Assembly: GCA_963725865.1 (NCBI GenBank)
Contig: CAVSAC010000014.1
Coordinates: 1,536,001-1,600,000 of the forward strand
Direction of reading: 5' to 3'
DNA: 64,000 bases
Source: Candidatus Eiseniibacteriota bacterium
GTDB lineage: Bacteria > Eisenbacteria > RBG-16-71-46
A model generated the notes under the pieces. That model saw only the letters and a program-made list of their open reading frames with translations, did no database searches and was not told the DNA's origin. Of the stretch, positions 31,857 to 42,909 are shown one piece after another. Each line of letters opens with the position of its first letter. Within the stretch, counting starts at the first letter, position 1. Made by a program: the position numbers and the translations under genes.

Positions 31857-32873
31857 TCAGCCGCACGCGGCGTAGAGGCGGCGCAGCGACGCGCCGTCGT
31901 GCGCGGCCACCAGCGAGCGCAGGGCCGCGCCCCAGAGCTCCGACTTCGGCAGGCGCGGACGCCGTTCGCCCCACGGGAACTCGGGGTCGCGCCGCGCGTT
32001 TCGCAGCGAGCCCAGGGCCCAGAGCGCGGGCCACAGGCAGAAGAGTCGGTAGCGGACGTGCCGCGCGGGAACGAGGTCGAGGTAGTCGGGGACCCGCGCG
32101 AGCGCCGTGCGTGCGAGTGCCTCGAGGCGCGCGGCCAGCTCGCGCACGCCGGGGCGCGCGCCGTCCACCAGATCGTGCGGCTCGAGGTGGTGCTCCGCGA
32201 GCCAGGCGGCGGGCACGTGGCAGCGGCCGCGCCGCACGTCGCTCGGCCAGTCGAGCAGGATGTTGGTGAGCTGCAGCGCCTCGCCGACGTCGCGGGCGAG
32301 CACGAGCCGGCGCTCCTCGGAGGCGGCGTCGAGCGGCGCCCGGCGCGCGTGGAGACGCGTCAGCATCTCGCCCACGCAGCCCGCCACCACGTAACAGTAG
32401 TCGTGCAGCTCGGCTTCATCGTCGAGGTAGGGCGTCGCGTCCGGGCGCCCCGCCGCGCGCGCGGAGTAACGGCACATGCCAGCCGCCAGCGTGGCCACGC
32501 CGGTGGCGATGATCTCGCGGTCCGCGGCGGGCAGCGCGCGGTGAGCGCGCCACACGCGCGGGAGCTGGGCGACCAGCTCGAGGTCGGCGGCCCCCGCGGC
32601 GAGCGGCGCGGCGGCCCGCGCCAGCCGCTCGGCGGCGTCGGCGTCGCCCGCGACCGCGGCGAGCATCAGGTCGAAGCGACCGCCGATCTCGGCCGGCGTG
32701 CCCGGCCACGAATCCTCGAGCGCGTCCGCGGTGCGGCACAGCAGATACGCCAGTCGCACGGCATCGGCAAGCGGGCCGCGCAGCAGGCGGATGTTGAGCG
32801 CGAACGTGCGCGAGACGCGCGGCAGCACCTCGCGGCAGAAGCGCAGGTCCGAAGCGGAGGGGGTCGATTCCAT
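31857..32873 (-). CDS. Squalene/phytoene synthase family protein
   Basis: LPRVSRTFAL, YLLCRTADALED, YCYVVAGCVG, LQLTNILLD..SD..RGRC..P. Confidence 0.92.
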   Translation of the reverse strand: MESTPSASDLRFCREVLPRVSRTFALNIRLLRGPLADAVRLAYLLCRTADALEDSWPGTPAEIGGRFDLMLAAVAGDADAAERLARAAAPLAAGAADLELVAQLPRVWRAHRALPAADREIIATGVATLAAGMCRYSARAAGRPDATPYLDDEAELHDYCYVVAGCVGEMLTRLHARRAPLDAASEERRLVLARDVGEALQLTNILLDWPSDVRRGRCHVPAAWLAEHHLEPHDLVDGARPGVRELAARLEALARTALARVPDYLDLVPARHVRYRLFCLWPALWALGSLRNARRDPEFPWGERRPRLPKSELWGAALRSLVAAHDGASLRRLYAACG

Positions 32874-33008
32874 GGCGGCGACGAAGCCTAGCACCGCGTC
32901 TGCGGAACCTCTAGGCTGTGGGCGCCGGTGGCGGGATTGGACCGGCTCGTCCGGACTACAGGTGGCCGCCTCCCCGGCCGATATACCTGAGGTACCCGGG
33001 GAACCCAC

Positions 33009-34868
33009 GTGCACGTCCTCCTTCGCATCGAGCGGCCGCTCGTCACCGCGCTCGCCGTCGCCCTGCTGGCTGCATTTGCGCCGGCGCGCGCGATGGCCCA
33101 GGCGCCGCGTCTCGGCCTGTACGCGATGGTGTTCGACACCGGCCAGCCGCTCTATACCTCCGCCGGTGCCATGGACCCGGTCGTGTTCGACGAGTTCTCG
33201 CGCTTCCACGAGCTGATCATCGAGCCCACCGCGTTCACCCCGTACCGTCCCGAAGCGCTACAGCTGCTGCGCTCGCTCAATCCGGACATCCGGTTGGTGG
33301 CCTACGTCACCGGTCACTACACCTGGTACGCGGCCGCGGCCGACTCGTTCGTGCACTTCCCGACCCGCTACTGGCGGACCGTGCGCGACCTCAACGGGTT
33401 CCTGTACAACACCGACGGCCAGCGCTTCGGAGAGCGCACCAATCAGTTCGGGAACGTGAACATCGCCAAGCGCGACGCGGGGGGCCACTACGTGGTGGCC
33501 GAGGCGCTCGCCGCGCTGTTCTACGACGCGGTGATGAGCGGCGGGCAGTGGGACGGGCTGTTCCTCGACACCTTCTGCGATGACATCCTGTGGGAGCAGT
33601 CCGCGGGCGAGACGATCGACTACGCACGCGCGGGCTACCCTGATCTCGCCTCGTTCGCCGCCGGCTGGCGCGCCGGCACCGACACGCTCGCGAGCCGGCT
33701 GCGCGGCCGGTGCGGGCCGAGCGCGATCCTGATCGGGAACTGTGGCCAGGGCACCAAGTACGTCTGGTTCAACGGCTGGATGCGCGAGAACTTCCCCTAC
33801 CAGAACGGCGGCACCTGGTTCTCGAACATGTACAACGATCCGGGCGGCTACTTCGTCGACGACGCGCGCTTCCGCCGGCCCACCCACGACTTCATCTTCT
33901 CGGCCGTCTCGGGGACGGTCCCGACCTCGGCCGACAACTCGCGACGCGTGCGCTTCGGGCTCGGGAGCGCGACGCTGGGCGAAGGATTCCACTGCTTCGG
34001 GCCCCCGGATCGCGGCACCCGCTCGAGCGACTTCTACGGCTGGTGGTACGACGAGTACGCCGTCGATCTCGCGACCGGCCGCAGCGTGACCGACGGGCGC
34101 TCGACCGGATGGCTGGGTGCGCCGCTCGATGCCGCCTACCAGATGATCTGGCTGAGCGCCGGCCCCGATGCGGTCTCCAACACGAGCTTCGAGACCGACG
34201 TCTCGAGCGACTGGCGCTTCTTCACGGCCGTCGGCTCCACGGTCTCGCACGACACCACGAACCACGCGCTCGGCAGCGCGTCCGCGCGCGTGGACGTGCC
34301 CTCGGCGTCGGCCGCGGTGCCCTGGAACACCTCGTTCACCACCACCGGGACGCTCAACCTGTTCACGGGCCTGTCGTGCTCGGCCACGTTCTGGGCGCGT
34401 GCCTCCGTGCCGCGCTCGGTGCGGGTGGCCGCCGGTCGCGTGACCGGGGGTGGGGAATTCGCCTCGCGCGGCCTCGACCTGACCACGGAGTGGCAGCGCT
34501 ACCAGGTGGTGCTCACCCCCGCCGCCACGGGACCGGGCACGCTCCAGTTCCATCTCGCGGGCGCGACCGGGACCGTGTGGCTGGACGACGTCCACTTCCA
34601 GACGGGCGTGAACAGCATCTACCGGCGCGACTTCACGAACGGCATCGTGCTCGTCAATCCCGGGGCGAGCGCCCAGACGGTGGTGCTCGAACGGCCGTTC
34701 CGGCGCATCCTCGGCAGCGTGGACCCCTCAGTGAACGACGGCCTCGAGTCCGCCACGATCCAGGTGCCGGCAATGGACGCGCGGTTCCTGATCGGCTCCG
34801 ACTTCACTCCGCCGGCCGACGTGCGCGACCTGCACGTGGTGCCGCCGGCGCCCGGCACGCCGCGCTGA
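33009..34868 (+). CDS. Secreted putative glycoside hydrolase (GHL15-like) with CBM4/9-like carbohydrate-binding module
   Basis: Signal peptide; LRSLNPDI.L.AY, WDGLFLD, NGWMRENF, WWYDEY, WLG.P, YRRDFTNGIVLVNP; N.SFE...LTTEWQRY...VWLDDV module. Confidence 0.75.
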   Translation: MHVLLRIERPLVTALAVALLAAFAPARAMAQAPRLGLYAMVFDTGQPLYTSAGAMDPVVFDEFSRFHELIIEPTAFTPYRPEALQLLRSLNPDIRLVAYVTGHYTWYAAAADSFVHFPTRYWRTVRDLNGFLYNTDGQRFGERTNQFGNVNIAKRDAGGHYVVAEALAALFYDAVMSGGQWDGLFLDTFCDDILWEQSAGETIDYARAGYPDLASFAAGWRAGTDTLASRLRGRCGPSAILIGNCGQGTKYVWFNGWMRENFPYQNGGTWFSNMYNDPGGYFVDDARFRRPTHDFIFSAVSGTVPTSADNSRRVRFGLGSATLGEGFHCFGPPDRGTRSSDFYGWWYDEYAVDLATGRSVTDGRSTGWLGAPLDAAYQMIWLSAGPDAVSNTSFETDVSSDWRFFTAVGSTVSHDTTNHALGSASARVDVPSASAAVPWNTSFTTTGTLNLFTGLSCSATFWARASVPRSVRVAAGRVTGGGEFASRGLDLTTEWQRYQVVLTPAATGPGTLQFHLAGATGTVWLDDVHFQTGVNSIYRRDFTNGIVLVNPGASAQTVVLERPFRRILGSVDPSVNDGLESATIQVPAMDARFLIGSDFTPPADVRDLHVVPPAPGTPR

Positions 34869-35066
34869 CCGCGGCGGCCACGCCGGCGATTCCCAACCCC
34901 GCGACCGTGTGCTACTGTCGCGCACCGTTCTCGCCCAGACCTCCCACGTTTTCGGCGCGCCGACCCTGCGACGCACGTGCGTCCGTCGCCCGCGCCCGCG
35001 GCCGCGGGGAAGCGCCGGCCGGCGCATCGACCGGAGCGCGCTGGGCCCCGTTCGTTTCGAGGATCC

Positions 35067-35999
35067 ATGTCGACCCCACGTGCATTCCCGATCGCGTCGC
35101 GGCTCGGGCTCGCGACCGCCACGCTGATGTTCGGGCTGGTCGTGATCGGCTCGGTGGTGCGCACCACCGGCTCGGGGCTCGCCTGCCCGGACTGGCCGCT
35201 GTGCCATGGGCGGCTCATCCCCCCGCTGCAGTTCAACGTGCTGATCGAATGGACTCACCGGCTGGTGGCGCTGCTGGTGAGCGGGCTGCTGTTCGCGACC
35301 GTGGGCTGGGTGCTCGCGCACCGCGTGACGCGGACGCGGCTCGGCGGACTCGCGGTGCTGGCGATCGGGTTGCTGGCCCTCCAGGTGCTGCTGGGCGCGC
35401 TCACGGTGTGGAGACTCCTGAGTCCACTGGTGGTGAGCAGCCACCTGGCCGTGGCACTCCTGCTGTTCGCGACGCTCTGGCGGCTGGCGCTGACGGCCCG
35501 CGCGGAGACCGGCACCCAGGTCGAGCCGCGGGCCGAGCGGGCGCCCGGCCTGCTCCCGCTCGTGACGCTCGCGACGCTGCTGGTGTACGCGCAGGCGGTG
35601 CTCGGCGGCGCGGTGAGCACCAGTGGCGCGAGCCTCGCGTGCCCCGACTGGCCGACCTGCAACGGTGAATGGCTGCCGGCGCTCAGCGGGCTGGCCGGCC
35701 TGCAGGTGATGCACCGGATCACCGCCTACGTGGTGGTGCTGGTGATGGTGGGGCTGGCGATCGCGACCCGCGGGGCATCCGACCCGCTCGTGCGCGGCGG
35801 CGGCCGCCTGGCGCTGGGGCTGACGCTGCTGCAGGTCGTGCTCGGGGTGTCGAACGTGCTGATGCGCGTGCCGGTGTGGCTCTCGGCGCTCCACCTCGCG
35901 AACGCCGCGGCGATCCTGGTGTGCCTCGTGACCCTGCTCACGAGGCTGCAGCGACTGCCGGCGCACCGGACGCTGCTGGTCCCGGCAGAGGCCCGATGA
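35067..35999 (+). CDS. ctaA: Heme A synthase (COX15/CtaA, Cys-containing type)
   Basis: GLACPDWPLC, EWTHR, Q.LLG.LTV, HL; second half SLACPDWPTC, HR, HL. Confidence 0.93.
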   Translation: MSTPRAFPIASRLGLATATLMFGLVVIGSVVRTTGSGLACPDWPLCHGRLIPPLQFNVLIEWTHRLVALLVSGLLFATVGWVLAHRVTRTRLGGLAVLAIGLLALQVLLGALTVWRLLSPLVVSSHLAVALLLFATLWRLALTARAETGTQVEPRAERAPGLLPLVTLATLLVYAQAVLGGAVSTSGASLACPDWPTCNGEWLPALSGLAGLQVMHRITAYVVVLVMVGLAIATRGASDPLVRGGGRLALGLTLLQVVLGVSNVLMRVPVWLSALHLANAAAILVCLVTLLTRLQRLPAHRTLLVPAEAR

Positions 36000-36898
36000 G
36001 CATCGCGCTTCCGCAGGTCACCGTCCGGCGGCGGCTGCTCGCCTACCTCGAACTCACCAAGCCGCGCATCCTGCTGCTGGTGCTGATGACCGCGGTGCCC
36101 GCGCTGCTGCTCGCCGCGCACGGCCTGCCGGCGCCGCTGGTCGCCTTCGGCACGCTGTTCGGCATCGCGTGCGCGAGCGGCTCGGCGGCCGCGTTCAACC
36201 ACTACGTCGACCGCGACATCGACGCGCTCATGCGGCGGACCGCCTCGCGTCCGCTGCCGAGCGGCACGCTCGCGCCGGCGCATGCACTCGGGCTCGGCTT
36301 CGGGCTCGCGGGGCTCGCCTGGGTGACCCTGCTGCTCTGCGGCAACCTGCTGGCCGCGATCCTCGGCCAGCTCACGATCGTGTACTACGCGGTCGTCTAC
36401 ACCGTGTGGCTCAAGCGGCGCACCCCGCAGAACATCGTGATCGGCGGCGGCGCAGGCGCCGCCGCGCCGCTCATCGCGTGGGCCGCGGTGACCGGCACAC
36501 TGAGCCTGCCGGCGGTGGTGCTCTCGTCGATCGTGTTCCTGTGGACGCCGCCGCACTTCTGGGCGCTCGCGCTGTACCGCCACGAGGACTACGCGCGCGC
36601 CGGCATCCCGATGCTGCCGGTCACGCACGGCGATGCGGCGACGCGCCGCGCGATCCTCGCCTACACGTTCGCGCTGGTGCCGGCCACGCTGGCGCTGCAG
36701 CCGCTCGGCATCGCGGGACCGATCTACACCGTGCCCGCGGCGCTGCTGGGCGGCGGATTCATCGCGCTCGCCGCGCGGTTGCTGCGCAGCGGCAGTCCGC
36801 GGCACGCGATCGGGCTGTTCGGCTACTCGATCCTCTACCTGTTCGCCCTCTATCTGGCGCTCACCGTCGACGCCGTGGCGGCCGCACTCGCGCGCTGA
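35996..36898 (+). CDS. ctaB: Heme O synthase (protoheme IX farnesyltransferase)
   Basis: ELTKPRI, DRDIDALMRRT..RPLP, YTVWLKRRTPQNIVIGG, WTPPHFWAL, DY..AGIPMLP. Confidence 0.97.
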   Translation: MSIALPQVTVRRRLLAYLELTKPRILLLVLMTAVPALLLAAHGLPAPLVAFGTLFGIACASGSAAAFNHYVDRDIDALMRRTASRPLPSGTLAPAHALGLGFGLAGLAWVTLLLCGNLLAAILGQLTIVYYAVVYTVWLKRRTPQNIVIGGGAGAAAPLIAWAAVTGTLSLPAVVLSSIVFLWTPPHFWALALYRHEDYARAGIPMLPVTHGDAATRRAILAYTFALVPATLALQPLGIAGPIYTVPAALLGGGFIALAARLLRSGSPRHAIGLFGYSILYLFALYLALTVDAVAAALAR

Positions 36899-36937
36899 CC
36901 CGGCGCACGGAGCGCGTCGCGAAAGGGGCTCCGCCCC

Positions 36938-38419
36938 GTGACCACAGCCGGCGCTCCCATCGACGCTTCCCGCACGGCGCCGGCCGGGGTGTGGGTGATC
37001 GTGGTGGCGACCGCGCTGGCGCTCGCCCTGCGGATCCTCGGGCTCGGACACGAGAGCCTGTGGCTCGACGAGGTGTCGTCGCTGCGGCTCGCCCGCCTGC
37101 CGCTCGGCGAGCTGATCGCGCAGGCGCGCGGCGACGTGCATCCGCCGCTGTACTTCGCGCTGCTGAAGGGCTGGATCGGCCTCGCGGGCGAGTCGGAGGT
37201 GGCGCTGCGCGCGCTGTCGGCGCTGTTCGGCGTGCTCGCGGTGCCGCTGATGGCGCGGATCGGGACGCGGCTGGGTGGCCCGAGGTGCGGCGGCCTCGCG
37301 GCGATGTTCGTCGCGGGGTCGGCGATCTTGCTGCACTACTCGCAGGAGGCGCGGCCCTACATGCTGCTCGCGCTCCTGAGCCTGGTGCTGGTCGATCGCC
37401 AGCTCGCGCTGCTCGAGCGACCGACCGTGACGCGCGGCCTGGCGTGGGGGGCGAGCGCGGCGGCGCTCCTGTACACCCATAACTCCGGCGTGTTCGTGGT
37501 GCTCGCCCTGCTGCTGCACGGCGCCGTGGTGTTCGCGGCCGACCCGCGGCGACGCGCGGGCGACGCGCGGGGCTGGGGCGTGGCGCTGCCGGTGGCCGCG
37601 CTGCTGTACGCGCCGTGGCTGGGCGCGCTGCGCGCTCAGACGCTCCACGTCGCGGCCGGCTTTTGGGTGCCGGTGCCGCGCGCCATCGACCTGCTCAAGA
37701 CCGCGTGGGAGTTCGCGGGCTCGGGGCCGCTGCTGGTGGGCCTCGGCCTGCTCGCGCTGATCGGGCTGCTGCGGCCGCCGGCACCGGGGGCGCCTCCGGT
37801 GCCCCAGGCGCGGTGGCTGCTGCTCGGCTGGCTGCTGGCCCCGGTGCTGGTGCCGTTCGTGGTGTCGCGGATGGGGCCGCCGATCTACGTGATCCGGCTC
37901 GCGCTGCCAGCCGCGCTGGCGCTGCTGCTGCTGGCGGCGCTCGGCGTCGCGGCACTCGGGCGCGCCGTGGTGCGATCCGGGGTGCTGGCGCTGCTGGCGC
38001 TGCTCGCCGTCACGGCGCTGGTGCCCTACTACCGCGAGTCCCACAAGGAGTCGTGGCGCGACGCCACCGGGGCGGTGCTGCGCGCCGCGACACCGCAGGA
38101 CCTGGTCGTGATCCACCCCGGGTTCAACCGCATGGCGTGGGACTACTACGCGCGCGCCGGCGGACCGCCGGTGATCGAGTGGCCGCCCCGCGAAGGTACC
38201 GAGGTGTCCACCTCTGCTTCGTCGCTGATGGCGCGCGCGATGCCGTACCCACGCGTCTGGCTGGTGCTGTCGCGCGCGCAGCCGGCCGCGGCGCAGATGC
38301 GCGCGGCGCTGGCGGTCGGTCGGCACCTGGGCTGGACGCGTGCCTACACCTACCGCGCGTACGGGCTCACGCGCACCCGGGACTGGACCGGCATCGAGGT
38401 GCTGCGCTTCGACCGCTGA
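36938..38419 (+). CDS. GT39/ArnT-like (GT-C) glycosyltransferase
   Basis: ESLWLDE, DVHPPLYF, LRALSALFG, YSQEARPY, LYTH; many TM segments. Confidence 0.88.
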   Translation: MTTAGAPIDASRTAPAGVWVIVVATALALALRILGLGHESLWLDEVSSLRLARLPLGELIAQARGDVHPPLYFALLKGWIGLAGESEVALRALSALFGVLAVPLMARIGTRLGGPRCGGLAAMFVAGSAILLHYSQEARPYMLLALLSLVLVDRQLALLERPTVTRGLAWGASAAALLYTHNSGVFVVLALLLHGAVVFAADPRRRAGDARGWGVALPVAALLYAPWLGALRAQTLHVAAGFWVPVPRAIDLLKTAWEFAGSGPLLVGLGLLALIGLLRPPAPGAPPVPQARWLLLGWLLAPVLVPFVVSRMGPPIYVIRLALPAALALLLLAALGVAALGRAVVRSGVLALLALLAVTALVPYYRESHKESWRDATGAVLRAATPQDLVVIHPGFNRMAWDYYARAGGPPVIEWPPREGTEVSTSASSLMARAMPYPRVWLVLSRAQPAAAQMRAALAVGRHLGWTRAYTYRAYGLTRTRDWTGIEVLRFDR

Positions 38420-38536
38420 GGGGTGCGGCGCGGGAGCGTGCGATCCTCGCGCGCAGCCGGGGCGCCGCGCGGAGCCCCGGAGCGATCTCGACGCGCAGCG
38501 GGGCCGCGCCCGCGTCTCGTCGGCCCGCAAAAGGTC

Positions 38537-38566
38537 GAGCCCCGGCGGATCGCTCCACCGGGGCTC
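38537..38566 (-). terminator. Terminator downstream of the tRNA
   Basis: Minus strand GAGCCCCGGTGGA-GCGA-TCCGCCGGGGCTC then GACCTTTT. Confidence 0.7.
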
Positions 38567-38569
38567 ACG

Positions 38570-38646
<77 letters not shown>

Positions 38647-38892
38647 TCAATGACGCGGGCGGACAGTAAGGCGCCGGTGACGTCAAGTCAAGCGAGCCGC
38701 CCTGCACCGACGCGCACCCCGCGCGGGTCCGTGGCACCTCCCAGCGCTCGCCCTCCAGGTCCGGCGTCCGCCCGGCGCCGCAACCGGTTGCGCATCCCGA
38801 TGCCGCTGGCTAGACTACCCGCCCTGGACCGGGGGTATGCGAGTTCTGCGCTCGCCTGTTCCACCCCATCTCCCAAGCTTCGGAGGTTCGCG

Positions 38893-39654
38893 TTGAATCG
38901 ATCCCGGCTCGGTGCGGTCGCCCTGGCGCTGGCCGCCGTCACCATGGGCCTCACTTTTCGAGCGCCGCGGGCGCTCGCAGCGGCCGAAGTCCACAATCTC
39001 AACCTGGTCTTCTCGGCCACGCCGACCTCGCTGGATGGCGGGGACTTCAACGAGCTCGTGGGCCTCGTCGACCGCAATCTCGACGCCCAGGGGCTCGAGC
39101 CGCTGGACAAGATCACTATGGGCTGGCTGTTCCAGTCCGAGCTGCGCTACTTCGTGCGCCGCAACATCGCGGTGGTGGGCGGCGTGGGGCAGCTGAAGGC
39201 GGTCACCAAGCGCGAGTACCTGCCCGCGCTCCAGTCCTCCGTCAACCTGCGCGGCGAGGTGCTCACGGTGCCGATCCACGTGGGCGCCGCGTACTACCTG
39301 CAGCCGTACAACCAGGGCGACTTCCAGGCCCGGGCGTTCATCGGCGCGGGCGTGGTGAGCCAGGTGACCAACCGCTCGCGCTTCCGGACCGAGGCGTCGT
39401 TTCCCGGCGTTTACGTCGCGACCCGCAGCGAGCTGCTGCGCGATGCCCCCGGCTGGTACGCCGAGATCGGCGGGCACATGTTCTTCGCCTCGCGCTTCTC
39501 GGTGATGATCAGCGGGACCTATCGTAGTTCGGTGATCCGCGGGATGGTGGACGACGTGTACCGCATCCCGGCCTCGTCCCCGGTCGGGCCGCGCCCGTTC
39601 ACGCTCGACCTGAGCGGGGCCGGCATCCGCGCCTCATTCGCCGTCGGACTCTGA
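38893..39654 (+). CDS. Secreted protein, probable small outer-membrane beta-barrel
   Basis: GGAGG + TTG start; signal peptide; alternating beta-strands; C-terminus LDLSGAGIRASFAVGL. Confidence 0.65.
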   Translation: MNRSRLGAVALALAAVTMGLTFRAPRALAAAEVHNLNLVFSATPTSLDGGDFNELVGLVDRNLDAQGLEPLDKITMGWLFQSELRYFVRRNIAVVGGVGQLKAVTKREYLPALQSSVNLRGEVLTVPIHVGAAYYLQPYNQGDFQARAFIGAGVVSQVTNRSRFRTEASFPGVYVATRSELLRDAPGWYAEIGGHMFFASRFSVMISGTYRSSVIRGMVDDVYRIPASSPVGPRPFTLDLSGAGIRASFAVGL

Positions 39655-39717
39655 TCCCCGCGAAACGCCGCGCGCCCGCGCCCCCGCGAGGGATGCGGGC
39701 CCGCAGCGTCTCCGAGC

Positions 39718-40083
39718 TCAGCGCGGGCGCGGAGTCGGGGCCGGCGGGGCGTCGTCGATGCGGTAGATGATCTCGCCGTGCTGCGCCATGCCCGCGCGCT
39801 CGCGCAGCGCCTTCTCCCCGCGCTCACGCACCAGCCGGGGATCGCCGCGCTCCGCCTCGAGCCGCGCCACCTCGGCGCGCGTCCGGGCGAGCTCGTGCGA
39901 CGCGCGGCCGTCCTCGTGGCCGATCCGGATCAGGCGCCACAGGCTGTGATCGCTGAGGAACGCGATCCACACCAGCCACAGCGCGCCGGCCACCCACGCC
40001 CAGCGCAGCTGGCGCCGCACGGGATCGTCGGGCGCGGCGTAACGGGAGCGGTGACGTGCGAGGCGGGAGGAGATGTCGCGCAT
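39718..40083 (-). CDS. ftsB: Septum formation initiator (FtsB/DivIC-like)
   Basis: One TM plus coiled coil plus EKALRE..GM...GEIIY; directly downstream of eno (conserved synteny). Confidence 0.8.
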   Translation of the reverse strand: MRDISSRLARHRSRYAAPDDPVRRQLRWAWVAGALWLVWIAFLSDHSLWRLIRIGHEDGRASHELARTRAEVARLEAERGDPRLVRERGEKALRERAGMAQHGEIIYRIDDAPPAPTPRPR

Positions 40084-40175
40084 GACGTCCGTGTCCTTTC
40101 CGGGCGCGCGGTCGTGTCACCGTGCGCCCGGCGCGCCCGCCGCCGTCCGTGCGGCGGGGCGCCCTGGCGTTTCGA

Positions 40176-41528
<1,353 letters not shown>

Positions 41529-41659
41529 CTAGGCGGGGGGCCCCGCTGAGTCAAGACGCGGAGCGGTTTGCGGCCGCGGCCCCAGCGGTCGGGAGCCTGC
41601 CCGCTCCTGCCGCCAGGTCCTTGACCGGCTCGGGACACCATGCCTATCGTGCCGCGCCA

Positions 41660-41686
41660 TGAAACCTCGAGCCGTTCCACCCCGTA
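41660..41686 (+). promoter_or_regulatory. SigW-type ECF promoter (probably autoregulatory)
   Basis: TGAAAC-N17-CGTA immediately upstream of the ECF sigma gene; resembles the B. subtilis SigW consensus TGAAAC...CGTA. Confidence 0.7.
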
Positions 41687-41710
41687 AGCTCGCATGAAGG
41701 CTGGGGTGCG

Positions 41711-42280
41711 GTGAGCGGCGACGAGGCCGATCTCATCCGGCGGTGTCGGGCCGGCGACGAGCGAGCCTATCGCGAACTGGTCGAGCGCTACCGCCGGCCG
41801 GTCTTCAGTGTCGCCCTGCGCATGGTGCGCCGGGCCGAGGACGCGGAGGACCTGACCCAGGAGACGTTCATCCGGATGTTCCGGGCGCTCGATCGCTACG
41901 ACCTGGAACGTCCGTTCACCGCCTGGCTCTTCACGATCGCGACTCGCTTGTGCATCGACCACCTGCGACGGCGCCGACTGGCTCCGATCTCGATGTTTCA
42001 GGTGAGCGCCAGCGGGGACGACGAGTACGTGATCGAGGCGGAGGACCCGGGCCTCAAGCCCGACGAATCCACCGCCCACGCGCAGGAGGAGGAGCGGACA
42101 CAGGCACTGATCGACGGACTGCCCCCGCACTACCGGATCGTGGTCCTGCTCCGGCACCAGCAAGACCTCTCGTATGAGGAGATCGCCGAAGCACTCCAAA
42201 TGCCGCTGGGAACCGTGAAAGCCCGCATCCACCGCGCCCGTGAGCTGCTCAAACAACGCATCGGAAAGCCCGAGCCATGA
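41711..42280 (+). CDS. ECF RNA polymerase sigma factor (SigW-like)
   Basis: DAEDLTQETF, FTAWLFTIA..LCIDHLR, LSYEEIAE.L..PLGTVKARIHRAR. Confidence 0.96.
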   Translation: MSGDEADLIRRCRAGDERAYRELVERYRRPVFSVALRMVRRAEDAEDLTQETFIRMFRALDRYDLERPFTAWLFTIATRLCIDHLRRRRLAPISMFQVSASGDDEYVIEAEDPGLKPDESTAHAQEEERTQALIDGLPPHYRIVVLLRHQQDLSYEEIAEALQMPLGTVKARIHRARELLKQRIGKPEP

Positions 42281-42909
42281 ACGAGTGTCCATTCCGCATC
42301 CGCACCCAGGCCTACCTCGATGGGGATCTGCCTGCCGCTGAGGTGCGCGCCTACCAGGCGCACCTCGCGGGCTGTGCCGTGTGCGGTGCCGAGCTGGCGT
42401 CCTACCGGCGCGTGTTCGCGCTGCTGGAGGCGGTGCCGCTCGACGAGCCGCGAGCCGAGCTGACCGAGCGCGTGCTGGCGCAGGTGCTGCCGTCGCGCAT
42501 CCGGCAGCGCCGCGAGCAGCGGCTGCGCGCTTTCGGTTGGGGTTACGCGGGCGCCCTCGCGGCCAGCCTGGCCGCGTTGTCGACGTGGATCGCTCACCCC
42601 GCGGGACAGGCGGTGCTGTCGGGACTCTCCGCGGTGGCGTCGCGGCGGCTGCTCGAGTCGACCAAGTTCGTGGTGCAGGCGGCCTCGTACGCCTTCGTGC
42701 ACCTGGCGACGGGATGGCACGTGCTGGGGCTCGCGCTCGAGCGCTTCGCGCCGCTCGGCCGCGCGCTCGGCGCGGTGATCAGCGAAACGTCGATCGTCGG
42801 TACCCTGGCGGCGGCACTGGTGGTGTGCGTGACGATGCTGTGGTGGTTGCGGCCGCGCGACGCGCGCTCCGGACGGGGGATCCGCCATGTCGGCGTCCTG
42901 GGCTTCTAG
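42277..42909 (+). CDS. Zinc-finger (zf-HC2/ZAS) anti-sigma factor
   Basis: C...YLDGDL...HLAGCAVC; TM segments; overlaps the sigma stop. Confidence 0.9.
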   Translation: MNECPFRIRTQAYLDGDLPAAEVRAYQAHLAGCAVCGAELASYRRVFALLEAVPLDEPRAELTERVLAQVLPSRIRQRREQRLRAFGWGYAGALAASLAALSTWIAHPAGQAVLSGLSAVASRRLLESTKFVVQAASYAFVHLATGWHVLGLALERFAPLGRALGAVISETSIVGTLAAALVVCVTMLWWLRPRDARSGRGIRHVGVLGF

